NCBI GenBank assembly: GCA_030426325.1
Contig: JAUHYO010000001.1
Span: forward strand, 1-39,049
Direction of reading: 5' to 3'
DNA: 39,049 nucleotides
Source: Gammaproteobacteria bacterium
GTDB lineage: Bacteria > Pseudomonadota > Gammaproteobacteria > Steroidobacterales > Woeseiaceae
A model generated the notes under the pieces. The model saw only the letters and a list, made by a program, of their open reading frames with translations, had not been told where the DNA came from and ran no database searches. Positions within the stretch are counted from its first letter, which is position 1. Each line of letters starts with the position of its first letter. This document shows, piece after piece, positions 1 to 8,167 of the stretch. Both the position numbers and the translations under genes were made by a program.

Positions 1-880
1 GGCTTTGCTCTTCACTGAAGAGTTGCGACCCATCCTCGAGCTTGCCGCGTGCGAGCTGCAGCTTGATCCACCTGAGCATGTCACCGACGCTGCAACGCAC
101 ACCGCCGGCGGCCGCGGCGACATCGACCTCGGGGCTGGCACGGTTACGCTCGACAACCTGCAACTCTCCTTCGACGATGGCATGCGGTGCGGCGAGATTC
201 CGCATTGCCTCGGGTGGAATGCGTCCGGCGAAACAGTATTCGGCACCCAGCCTGCCGAGAATGCGCTCGTCGACAAAGTCTTCCCACGAGATACCTGTGA
301 CGGCCGGCACGAGTTCGCCGGCGACGATATACAAGAGATTGTCATAGGCGTATTCGGTGCGGAACGCACTCTCGGGCTTGAAGTAACGCAGCCCGTGAAT
401 AATATCTTCGCGCGTAAACAGGTTGGGTTTTGGCCACAGCATCAGGTCGCCCGCACCACTCACCAGGCCACTGCGGTGAGTCAGCAGGTCGAGAATCGTA
501 AACTCGCGCGTAACCCAGGGATCGTAAAGGGCAAAGTCCGGGATGTGATCAACAATCCTGTCGTTCCAGCTGAGTTTACCGTCATCGACCAGCATCGCCA
601 GCGAGGCTGCGGTGAAGGCTTTCGAAGTCGACGCAATGCGGAACAGCGTTTCGGTGTCGACCGGATCATCGAGGCCGATTTCGCGTACGCCGTAGCCGGC
701 AGCATGCACGACGGCACCGTCTTTGACGACACCAACCGCCACGCCCGGAACCGAGAACGCTTTCATCGCATCCGTGACGAGTGTATCGATGTCCCGCGTC
801 GCAATCCCGGGCTGCGTTGCGCAAGCGCTGAGCACCAGGGGAATCAGAATCGCGGGAACAAGCCGTGCAACAGACTTCAT
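1..880 (-). CDS. Serine hydrolase, class C beta-lactamase / DD-peptidase family, probable lipoprotein (C-terminus cut by window edge)
   Basis: Absent from the ORF track because no stop lies in the window. Reverse-strand translation from the ATG at 880-878 reads MKSVARLVPAILIPLVLSAC (lipobox LSAC), then GVAVGVVKDGAVVHAAGYG, TLFRIASTSKAFTAAS (SxxK) and YAYDNLLY (YxN). It stays open to position 1. Its ATG overlaps the TGA of the upstream antiporter gene (ATGA, 877-880). Confidence 0.8.
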   Translation of the reverse strand, partial: MKSVARLVPAILIPLVLSACATQPGIATRDIDTLVTDAMKAFSVPGVAVGVVKDGAVVHAAGYGVREIGLDDPVDTETLFRIASTSKAFTAASLAMLVDDGKLSWNDRIVDHIPDFALYDPWVTREFTILDLLTHRSGLVSGAGDLMLWPKPNLFTREDIIHGLRYFKPESAFRTEYAYDNLLYIVAGELVPAVTGISWEDFVDERILGRLGAEYCFAGRIPPEAMRNLAAPHAIVEGELQVVERNRASPEVDVAAAAGGVRCSVGDMLRWIKLQLARGKLEDGSQLFSEEQS

Positions 881-2259
881 ATCAAAACAATGCCTGCAAC
901 CAGGTACATCAGCAATGAAATCGCACCGACGGTGACCGCGTACGGCAACTGCGTGCGAACGTGCTCCAGCAAATCACAGCCTGAGGCGATAGCGGATACC
1001 GCCGTCGTATCGGAAATCGGAGAGCAATGGTCGCCGAAGACGCCACCGCCCAGTATTGCTGCAAGACACAGCGACGCCGGCAGGTCGAGCGAAATGGCCA
1101 GCGGCATGCCGAGCGGAATCAGGATGGCGAATGTGCCCCACGAGGTACCGGTCGAGAATGAGATCAATGCGCCCGCCAGGAACAGCATCGCGGGAATCAG
1201 GAAATTGGGCAGATTGCCGCCGACCAGTTTCGCAATATAAGCGCCGGTTCCCATGTCGCCAAGGCTCTGCCCGAGTGCGAGCGCCAGCAACAGGATGGCG
1301 ACCAGCGGCATCAGGTCACCCATGCCCTGGAACGCAATCTTGACGAGCCTGACGTGTTCGAATCCTGCACCCAGCAGCATCTGGAAATAGGCGACCAGCG
1401 TCGCAAGTGTGGTCGCGTACAGCACTGACTTTGAGCCGCTGCCGTCAGCCAGGTTGCCATTGCCTGTGTAGTACATGAAACCGAGCATGCCAACGATCAT
1501 CACCAGCAGCGGCACAACCATGTAACTCGGTTTGGTCGCCTCGATGTCCTCTTCGAGATGGATGTCCACGCCAACGCCGGCCGGACTGGTCGCCAGCGGT
1601 CCGAAATAACGGCCCGTAGCCGCCGTCACGAACACCGTCGCCAGGGTCAGAATGGCGTAGAAATTAAATGCGACCGTGCCCCACAGGACCTCCGCCGATG
1701 TCAGGCCGAAGTTGTACTGGTTCAGCAATACGAGCACGAAAGCGCCCCAGCCATTTAATAGAATCATGATGCACACCGGCGCCGAGGTGCTGTCGATGAT
1801 GTAAGCCAGCTTCGCCCGGCTCATCCCATATTTGTCGAACAGACCCCGGGACAGGATACCCGCCGTCAGGACGCTCAGGTTGGACTCGACAAAAACGGCG
1901 ACTCCCACGCCGCTTGTCAGCAAAGCGGCACTGCGGCCGCTGCGTGCTATCCCTCGTCGAATGAGGCTTTCGACCATCGCCGCCACCCCGCCCGACACGC
2001 GGATAAAGGCGAGCAAGGCGCCGATCATCAGGCTGAAAATCAGCAGTCGGGCGTTGTCGGGACTATTGAATACGCCGACGATACGTTCGATCGTGTTCAG
2101 CGTCGCCGGGGCGGGCGCCGTCCAGGCCAAGGACATTTGCAGCAATTCGGCTGTAAAAATCGCCAGCAACAACGCGACGATGACTTCCTTTCGCCACAGG
2201 ACAACGACGATTGCTATCACGGGTGGAACAACCGATAACCAGTCCATGAATGTGCTCAC
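877..2259 (-). CDS. Na+/H+ antiporter, NhaC-family membrane transporter
   Basis: 460-aa ORF that is hydrophobic throughout, with many predicted TM spans. The N-terminus MDWLSVVPPVIAIVVVLWRKEVIVALL and the overall layout fit NhaC-type antiporters. The opposing + strand ORF 5..1240 is an Arg/Gly-rich shadow frame. Confidence 0.8.
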   Translation of the reverse strand: MSTFMDWLSVVPPVIAIVVVLWRKEVIVALLLAIFTAELLQMSLAWTAPAPATLNTIERIVGVFNSPDNARLLIFSLMIGALLAFIRVSGGVAAMVESLIRRGIARSGRSAALLTSGVGVAVFVESNLSVLTAGILSRGLFDKYGMSRAKLAYIIDSTSAPVCIMILLNGWGAFVLVLLNQYNFGLTSAEVLWGTVAFNFYAILTLATVFVTAATGRYFGPLATSPAGVGVDIHLEEDIEATKPSYMVVPLLVMIVGMLGFMYYTGNGNLADGSGSKSVLYATTLATLVAYFQMLLGAGFEHVRLVKIAFQGMGDLMPLVAILLLALALGQSLGDMGTGAYIAKLVGGNLPNFLIPAMLFLAGALISFSTGTSWGTFAILIPLGMPLAISLDLPASLCLAAILGGGVFGDHCSPISDTTAVSAIASGCDLLEHVRTQLPYAVTVGAISLLMYLVAGIVLI

Positions 2260-2353
2260 CCAATTGCCACCAGGAAGCGGCCAAACTATTCATTTATTCC
2301 GAGGCAGTCAACCAATATAATAATTTATTCCTCACTGCCGGAACCCAGCCAGA

Positions 2354-3616
2354 ATGAACACTTTCGCCTATCGCGATGGGCACTACTTTGCAGAGAACGT
2401 TGCGATCCGGCAGATTGCCGAAGTCGTCGGCACGCCTTTTTATTGCTATTCACGCGCCGCCGTTGAAGCCCGTTACGATGCCCTTGCCGGTGCACTCAAG
2501 GGTTTTAGCGCACTGGTCTGCTACGCCGTCAAAGCCAACTCCAACCAGACGCTGATTGGTTTGCTCGCCGCTCGGGGTGCGGGCGCGGACGTGGTCTCCG
2601 AAGGTGAAATGCGTCGCGCGCTGGCGGCCGGGATTCCCGCATCGAAAATAGTTTATTCCGGCGTGGCCAAGACCGTTCGAGAGATCGAATTCGCGTTGCA
2701 GCAGGATATTCGCCAGTTCAATGTGGAGTCCGAGCAGGAGCTTCGCGTTATCAGCGCCGCGGCTGTCCGTCTCAACAAGATCGCGCCCGTTGCGTTTCGC
2801 ATCAACCCGAATGTTGATGCAGGTACTCATGAAAAGATCTCGACCGGCAAGGCCGAAAATAAATTCGGTATAGCGATTGAAAACGCCAGGCGGGCCTACG
2901 ACGAAACCAGGAATTTGCCCGGCGTCGAGGTTCGCGGTGTTGACCTTCACATCGGCTCGCAAATTATGAACCTTGCACCGTTCGAGGCAGCGTTTTCGCG
3001 CATCGCCGAACTGGTCGAGGATCTGCGTCGTGCCGGACACACAATTTCGACCATTGATCTGGGTGGCGGCCTTGGCATCAACTACGATCGGCAAAACGAC
3101 AAAGCGCCAGGCGTCGATGACTACGCCCGAATCGTGAAGAAGACCGTCGGACATCTCGATTGCAAGATTATCGTCGAGCCCGGACGCTGGCTCGTTGGCA
3201 ATGCCGGCGTGCTCGTCAGCCGTGTCATCTACACGAAGACCAACGGTGCAACAAAGTTCTTGATCATTGACGCCGCGATGAACGATTTCCTGCGGCCGAG
3301 CATGTACAACGCCTACCATTCGATCGTCGGTGAGAAAAAAACCGATGCACCCGACGTGCTGTATGACATCGTCGGTCCGGTATGCGAAACCGGCGACACC
3401 TTCGCTCGAAAACGCCAGTTGCCCGAGCAGGATTCCGGCGACCTGGTGATCATCGAAGGTGCCGGGGCCTATGGCAGTGTTATGGCGTCAACCTACAACA
3501 CGCGACCTTTGGTTCCGGAAGTCATGGTCGACGGTGATGAATTTCGGGTTATCCGGCAGCGGCCGGATTACGACAGCATGATCGCCCTCGACATTCCCTG
3601 GGCTTCTGCGGGTTGA
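2354..3616 (+). CDS. lysA: Diaminopimelate decarboxylase
   Basis: 420 aa. Motifs seen: GTPFYCYS near the N-terminus, the PLP-lysine motif CYAVKANSN, EPGRWLVGNAG, and GPVCETGDTF near the C-terminus. Length and motif order fit the fold-type III PLP decarboxylase LysA. Confidence 0.93.
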   Translation: MNTFAYRDGHYFAENVAIRQIAEVVGTPFYCYSRAAVEARYDALAGALKGFSALVCYAVKANSNQTLIGLLAARGAGADVVSEGEMRRALAAGIPASKIVYSGVAKTVREIEFALQQDIRQFNVESEQELRVISAAAVRLNKIAPVAFRINPNVDAGTHEKISTGKAENKFGIAIENARRAYDETRNLPGVEVRGVDLHIGSQIMNLAPFEAAFSRIAELVEDLRRAGHTISTIDLGGGLGINYDRQNDKAPGVDDYARIVKKTVGHLDCKIIVEPGRWLVGNAGVLVSRVIYTKTNGATKFLIIDAAMNDFLRPSMYNAYHSIVGEKKTDAPDVLYDIVGPVCETGDTFARKRQLPEQDSGDLVIIEGAGAYGSVMASTYNTRPLVPEVMVDGDEFRVIRQRPDYDSMIALDIPWASAG

Positions 3617-3628
3617 CGGTGGTGGCAG

Positions 3629-4486
3629 CTATTTTGCCTTGGACAGTTCCCGGGACTTGCAGCTTCGGGACAGCGACGCCTGACCCTGTTTACCCGACTG
3701 CGCCAGCGTATAGAACACCAGGTCGATAACATGTTGCTGCGAAGTCGATGCCACAACGTGCGGAATATCATTGTCCCGGCCATGAGAAACCGAGTACAGG
3801 CGAATATCGGCCAGCGCTGCAACCGGGTTCGCCGACTGGTTGGTGATGGAAATAATCGTCGCACCGGCTTTCTTGCCCAGTTTCGCCATTTGACCCAAAT
3901 GCGTCGATTGCCCCGAAGCAGAAATCAGTACCAGGCAATCACCGCGGGCGAGCGTTGCAACACTCTGCAACTGCACTTCGATGTCGGGTTCCGAAATCAC
4001 CGGCTTGCCCACACTCGCGAGCTTGAGTGCAGTGTCCCGAACAACACTAAAGGCATTGCCACTGCTGGCCAGTTGCACCCGCGCCGCCGACTCGATGGCT
4101 CTTGCGGCCAGGCGAAGACTGTCGTCGTCGTTGAGGTCGGTAGCACCGCTGATTGCATCACTCTTTGCCTGGAACAGTCGGTCCTTGAGCGACTCGCTGG
4201 CACCTCTCGATGCACGGCGACCATTGAGCACCGCAACATTCGATTCCTGTTTGACGACCGATTCGTGAATGGCGAGCTTCAAATCCGTGAAACCCTTGTA
4301 GCCCATCTTCTGGCTGAACTTGACGACACTGGATTGACTGACGCCGACCGAACCTGCGATTTGCTGCGACGAGTAATCGCGAATCAACGACGGATTCTCG
4401 AGAATGAAGTCAGCGAGCTTCTTCTCGTTCGCCGACATTTCATCGCGCGCAGATCGTATGATTGCAAGACAGGACATGGGGACCAT
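3629..4486 (-). CDS. MurR/RpiR-family transcriptional regulator (HTH_6 + SIS domain)
   Basis: The N-terminus LAIIRSARDEMSANEKKLADFILENPS...IAGSVGVSQSSVVKFSQKMGYKGFTDLKLAI matches the RpiR/MurR HTH layout. The C-terminal half (CLVLISASGQSTHL...GATIISITN) looks like a SIS sugar-phosphate-binding fold. It is divergent from the LD-carboxypeptidase gene. The start could also be ATG 4477. Confidence 0.9.
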   Translation of the reverse strand: MVPMSCLAIIRSARDEMSANEKKLADFILENPSLIRDYSSQQIAGSVGVSQSSVVKFSQKMGYKGFTDLKLAIHESVVKQESNVAVLNGRRASRGASESLKDRLFQAKSDAISGATDLNDDDSLRLAARAIESAARVQLASSGNAFSVVRDTALKLASVGKPVISEPDIEVQLQSVATLARGDCLVLISASGQSTHLGQMAKLGKKAGATIISITNQSANPVAALADIRLYSVSHGRDNDIPHVVASTSQQHVIDLVFYTLAQSGKQGQASLSRSCKSRELSKAK

Positions 4487-4546
4487 GATAAATCAAACGG
4501 TCTCTGATGTAATCCAGCCACAAGCCCCGACAACAGGCCATTTCCA

Positions 4547-5596
4547 ATGAACAGACGACGAATACTCCAATCGACCATTGCCGGCGCCCTCATCGGGGGC
4601 AGCGGCGTACTGGGTACCACGAATGCCGCAGCGGCCCCGGCCGGCAAGATATTGAAGCCACGGCGTCTCGCGCCCGGGAATACGATAGGACTCGTAGCAC
4701 CTGCCAGCAGCTCGCTGGAAGATGAGGGTATCCGGTTCTCGATCGACCTCGTGCGCTCAATGGGCTTCAAGGTGAAACAGGGTGCGCATCTCTTCGATCG
4801 CGAGCAGTACCTCGCCGGCGACGACCGCGCCAGGGCCGAGGACGTTAACAATATGTTCGCCGACGACAGTGTTGATGCCATTTTTTGCCTTCGCGGCGGC
4901 TACGGCACGTCACGAATCCTGCCCTACCTCGACTACGAATTGATTGGTCGCAATCCCAAGGTACAGCTCGGCATGAGCGACATAACCGGCATACTGACCG
5001 CGATCCACACCAAGACCGGCGTTGTCGGCTTTCACGGGCCCAACGCATCCGGCAATTTTTCCGACTACGCACTCAGTGAATTTCAGAAAGTTTTGATGCA
5101 GCCGACGCCAACGACAGAGATCGGCTCGGCCCCGCCGTTCGAGGCACGCGAAGGCAGAATCGAACGCAAGAACCGGCTGACTTACATCAATGGCGGCGTC
5201 GCGAAAGGTCGCCTGATCGGTGGCAACCTGACCCTGATCTCGGTGCTGATGGGCACGGAATTCGAACCGGACTTTCAAGACAAGATTGTATTTCTCGAAG
5301 ACGTACACGAGGCACCGTACCGCATTGATCGCATGCTGACGCAGCTTCTTCTTGCCGGAAAATTACAACAGGCCGCCGGCATCGTATTCGGCAAATTCAC
5401 GGACAGCGAAACCGAGGGCAACACTTTCAGTCTCGAAGAAGTGATGCGCGACCGAACCAAAGACCTTGGTATTCCGGTTGTTCGCGGCTTCATGATCGGT
5501 CATGTGGAAGACCAGACAGTGGTACCGATCGGCGTCGAAGCAGAACTCGATGGCAACAAGGGTACTCTTCGTCTGCTGGAAGCTGCGGTAACCTGA
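4547..5596 (+). CDS. LD-carboxypeptidase (peptidase S66 family) with twin-arginine signal peptide
   Basis: The S66 hallmarks appear in order: GNTIGLVAPASS, FCLRGGYGTSRILPYLDY, the nucleophile context GMSDITG, then FLEDVHE and MIGHVED for the Glu/His of the triad. The N-terminus MNRRRILQSTIAGALIGGSGVLGTTNAAAAP looks like a Tat signal (RR-x-I-L, h-region, AAA cleavage region). Confidence 0.88.
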   Translation: MNRRRILQSTIAGALIGGSGVLGTTNAAAAPAGKILKPRRLAPGNTIGLVAPASSSLEDEGIRFSIDLVRSMGFKVKQGAHLFDREQYLAGDDRARAEDVNNMFADDSVDAIFCLRGGYGTSRILPYLDYELIGRNPKVQLGMSDITGILTAIHTKTGVVGFHGPNASGNFSDYALSEFQKVLMQPTPTTEIGSAPPFEAREGRIERKNRLTYINGGVAKGRLIGGNLTLISVLMGTEFEPDFQDKIVFLEDVHEAPYRIDRMLTQLLLAGKLQQAAGIVFGKFTDSETEGNTFSLEEVMRDRTKDLGIPVVRGFMIGHVEDQTVVPIGVEAELDGNKGTLRLLEAAVT

Positions 5597-6831
5597 TGCG
5601 CCGAGCTGCAACGTTTGCGCTTATCGCCGGTGCGCTGCTTTGTGGCTGCCAGCAAACAAGCGAATGGAACGGATCGATGGAAGACCTTCTGAACTCGCAG
5701 CCGACCCGGTTCGCGACCGTGATGCAAGACCCGGCCAGGTATCGTGTGCAGATTATTTACACACAGATTGACCGGGACGCGGACAATGTGCCGGCGTTTT
5801 CCAGCTATCACTTTCGGGTCAACCCGGACGAATACTTCTATCCCGCCAGCACCGTCAAACTACCAACAGCGCTGCTCGCGCTTGAGAAAATAAATGGACT
5901 GGCCATTCCCGGGCTAACGCGGGACACCACGATGCTGACGGGCGCCGCCTCGGACTGGCAAACAGCGGCCGTAACCGACCTCACGTCACCAACCGGCCTG
6001 CCATCAGTCGGCCATTACGTCCGCAAGATACTGCTCGTTAGCGACAACGATGCGTTCAATCGTCTGTACGAGTTCCTCGGCCAGAAACCACTTAATGAAT
6101 CGATGCTGGCCAAAGGCTTTCGCAATACACGCATTTTTCACCGGCTCGAAGTACCGCGCAACGCAACCGAGAACGCAAAGACCAACCCGGTTTCTTTTGT
6201 TGATGGCAATAAAACACTATACAGCCAGGACGCGGCAGTCAGTGACACAGACTACGCGCACGATGAGCCCATCCTGCTCGGTCGCGCCGAAATGGTCGAT
6301 GGCCAACGGCTCGAACGGCCCAAGGATTTCAGCGTCAACAATGTTTTCGCGTTACAGGATATTCACGATGTAATGAAGACATTGATCTTTCCCGAATCCG
6401 TCCCGCGAGAGCAGCGCTTCAACCTGACCGAAGACGACTATCGGTTCGTTTATCGAAACATGTCTGCCTATCCAGGCGAAAGCGGCATCCCTCAGTATGC
6501 TGATGCCGATCGATATCCGGACGGCTACGTCAAGTTTTTCATGTACGGCGGTTCGGCGACTTCCATCCCCGACAACATTCGTATCTTCAACAAACCGGGC
6601 GATGCCTACGGTTTTCTCACGGATTGTGCCTACATCGTCGATTTGGAGAACGGTGTTGAGTTCTTGCTCGCTGCAACAATTTACACAAACGAAAACGAAA
6701 CCTTCAATGACGACAACTACGAGTACGATGAAATCGCCCTGCCGTTTCTGCGTGACCTCGGCCAGGCAATCTACGAAATCGAACTCACACGGGACCGCTT
6801 ACAGGCTCCCGACCTGAGCCGGTTTCGCTAG
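5596..6831 (+). CDS. Serine hydrolase, class A beta-lactamase-like / PBP-like, probable lipoprotein
   Basis: MRRAATFALIAGALLCGCQQ is a signal plus a lipobox-like LCGC. Active-site-like motifs follow in class A order: PASTVKLP (SxxK), LVSDNDAF (SxN) and NKPGDAYG (a KTG-like position). The ATG overlaps the preceding stop (TGATG at 5594-5598). Confidence 0.75.
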   Translation: MRRAATFALIAGALLCGCQQTSEWNGSMEDLLNSQPTRFATVMQDPARYRVQIIYTQIDRDADNVPAFSSYHFRVNPDEYFYPASTVKLPTALLALEKINGLAIPGLTRDTTMLTGAASDWQTAAVTDLTSPTGLPSVGHYVRKILLVSDNDAFNRLYEFLGQKPLNESMLAKGFRNTRIFHRLEVPRNATENAKTNPVSFVDGNKTLYSQDAAVSDTDYAHDEPILLGRAEMVDGQRLERPKDFSVNNVFALQDIHDVMKTLIFPESVPREQRFNLTEDDYRFVYRNMSAYPGESGIPQYADADRYPDGYVKFFMYGGSATSIPDNIRIFNKPGDAYGFLTDCAYIVDLENGVEFLLAATIYTNENETFNDDNYEYDEIALPFLRDLGQAIYEIELTRDRLQAPDLSRFR

Positions 6832-6851
6832 ATTGCCAGGGGAAAAACCTG

Positions 6852-8165
6852 TTATTGCTGTGAGAGCCGGTAAAGCAATAACGCTGCTCGCTTGATAGCG
6901 ACCGGCATTGAGGTCAAATCCAGGCTCTCATTCGGCGTATGACCACCGTCACCGACCGGGCCCAGTCCCGCGAGCGAGTCCGAGTAAGGCGCGACAAAAG
7001 AAATATCCGCAGCACCTCGCCGTGACGGATCAAGAATCGGCATTGCACCTCGGCCAAGGTCCTCGTTGATCCCCGACAGGATTCGATGCAGGCGTCGATT
7101 GCCCTCGGTCGGCTCCATTGGCGGGTATCGATCTTCAAACTCGATGTGTGCTTCGGTCAGCGGCAGATTGTTTGCAACGATTTTTCGCATCGCGTCGCGG
7201 GTACGTTCGAGCTGCGCCTGCGAAATCGTGCGAATGTCACCGTGCACGATCACCTTGTTGGGCACCACGTTGGTCTTACCGAAGGTAGTGCCACGATTGC
7301 TCTCAAAATCGTAGGTGACATCGGTGCCGCCCTGGATGGTACCCACGTTGAAGGTAAGATATTCCTCGCCACGGACCTGTTCATCAAACTGGTTCAGGAT
7401 TCTTGCCGCCTCGAAAATTGCGCCATGGCCCGTCTGGTCATTGAAGATGCGCGACGAATGCGCCTGCTTGCCACTGACTTCCATGTGCCAGTTTGACGAG
7501 CTGCGGCGCGAAATAGTCGCCCAGTCCTGATTATCAAAGCTGACGCCCCCTTCAAATCCGAGCGAGATGTCAGCCCATTTGCCCGCCTCGATCAGGTCGT
7601 GCTTCGAAATTGTCAGCGGCGAGCCGGCGTACTCCTCATCCCCGGTATAGGCAACCGTAACCGACAACTCATCGAGCGCCCCGATTTCCTGCAACGCCCG
7701 TAACGCATAGACAATCACGACGTTGCCGGACTTCATGTCATCAACTCCGGGGCCATAGGCCGTATCGCCATCCCGGCGGTAGGACTGAAAACCATCATCG
7801 GCCTCAAAAACCGTATCGAGGTGACCGATCATAAGCACGCGCTTTTTCCCGTCGACGTAGCGTCGCCCGAATAAATGGCCGGCGCGCTGCATTTCATCCG
7901 GCATATCAATCCATTCGGCTTCAAAGCCCAGGGCCTCAAGCTCCCGGGTCATGACGTCGCCCAACTTGCGAATTCCGTCGTGGTTCAATGTGCCGCTGCT
8001 GATATTGACGGTCTCTTCGAGCAGGTCGATGGATGCTTCGGTGTTGGCATCGATCCAATCCATCATGCGTTGTTCATCGGCGCTGAGTTCAGCCGTGGTC
8101 GCGGCGTTGGAAACGAAAATCAACGCCAAAGCTGCAAGAAAATGTGTCGTGTAATGTCTGATCAT
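6852..8165 (-). CDS. M20-family metallopeptidase (carboxypeptidase G2-like), secreted
   Basis: MIGHLDTVF and GPGVDDMKSG are the M20 metal and catalytic motifs. I trimmed the track ORF (6852..8300) to the ATG at 8165. That gives MIRHYTTHFLAALALIFVSNAATTAE, a Sec-type signal, and places the start 2 nt after the upstream stop (8168-8170). Confidence 0.85.
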   Translation of the reverse strand: MIRHYTTHFLAALALIFVSNAATTAELSADEQRMMDWIDANTEASIDLLEETVNISSGTLNHDGIRKLGDVMTRELEALGFEAEWIDMPDEMQRAGHLFGRRYVDGKKRVLMIGHLDTVFEADDGFQSYRRDGDTAYGPGVDDMKSGNVVIVYALRALQEIGALDELSVTVAYTGDEEYAGSPLTISKHDLIEAGKWADISLGFEGGVSFDNQDWATISRRSSSNWHMEVSGKQAHSSRIFNDQTGHGAIFEAARILNQFDEQVRGEEYLTFNVGTIQGGTDVTYDFESNRGTTFGKTNVVPNKVIVHGDIRTISQAQLERTRDAMRKIVANNLPLTEAHIEFEDRYPPMEPTEGNRRLHRILSGINEDLGRGAMPILDPSRRGAADISFVAPYSDSLAGLGPVGDGGHTPNESLDLTSMPVAIKRAALLLYRLSQQ

Positions 8166-8167
8166 GT

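Noticed and set aside
5-1240. 411-aa plus-strand ORF, the longest listed at the left edge
   Set aside because: It runs antisense across two minus-strand genes that have clear family motifs (STSK/YDN hydrolase and the NhaC antiporter). Its Arg/Gly/Ala-rich, motif-free composition is typical of a shadow frame in high-GC DNA.
2260-2353. Possible lysine riboswitch or promoter in the AT-rich stretch upstream of lysA (a TATAAT-like hexamer at 2316-2321)
   Set aside because: The 94-nt intergenic region is too short for an L-box, and I found no convincing -35 at proper spacing. It is left uncalled.
2450-4507. Long antisense ORFs 2450..3319 (-) and 3731..4507 (+)
   Set aside because: They lie opposite lysA and the RpiR regulator respectively. 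Both have Arg-rich, low-information composition, while the sense ORFs carry diagnostic motifs.
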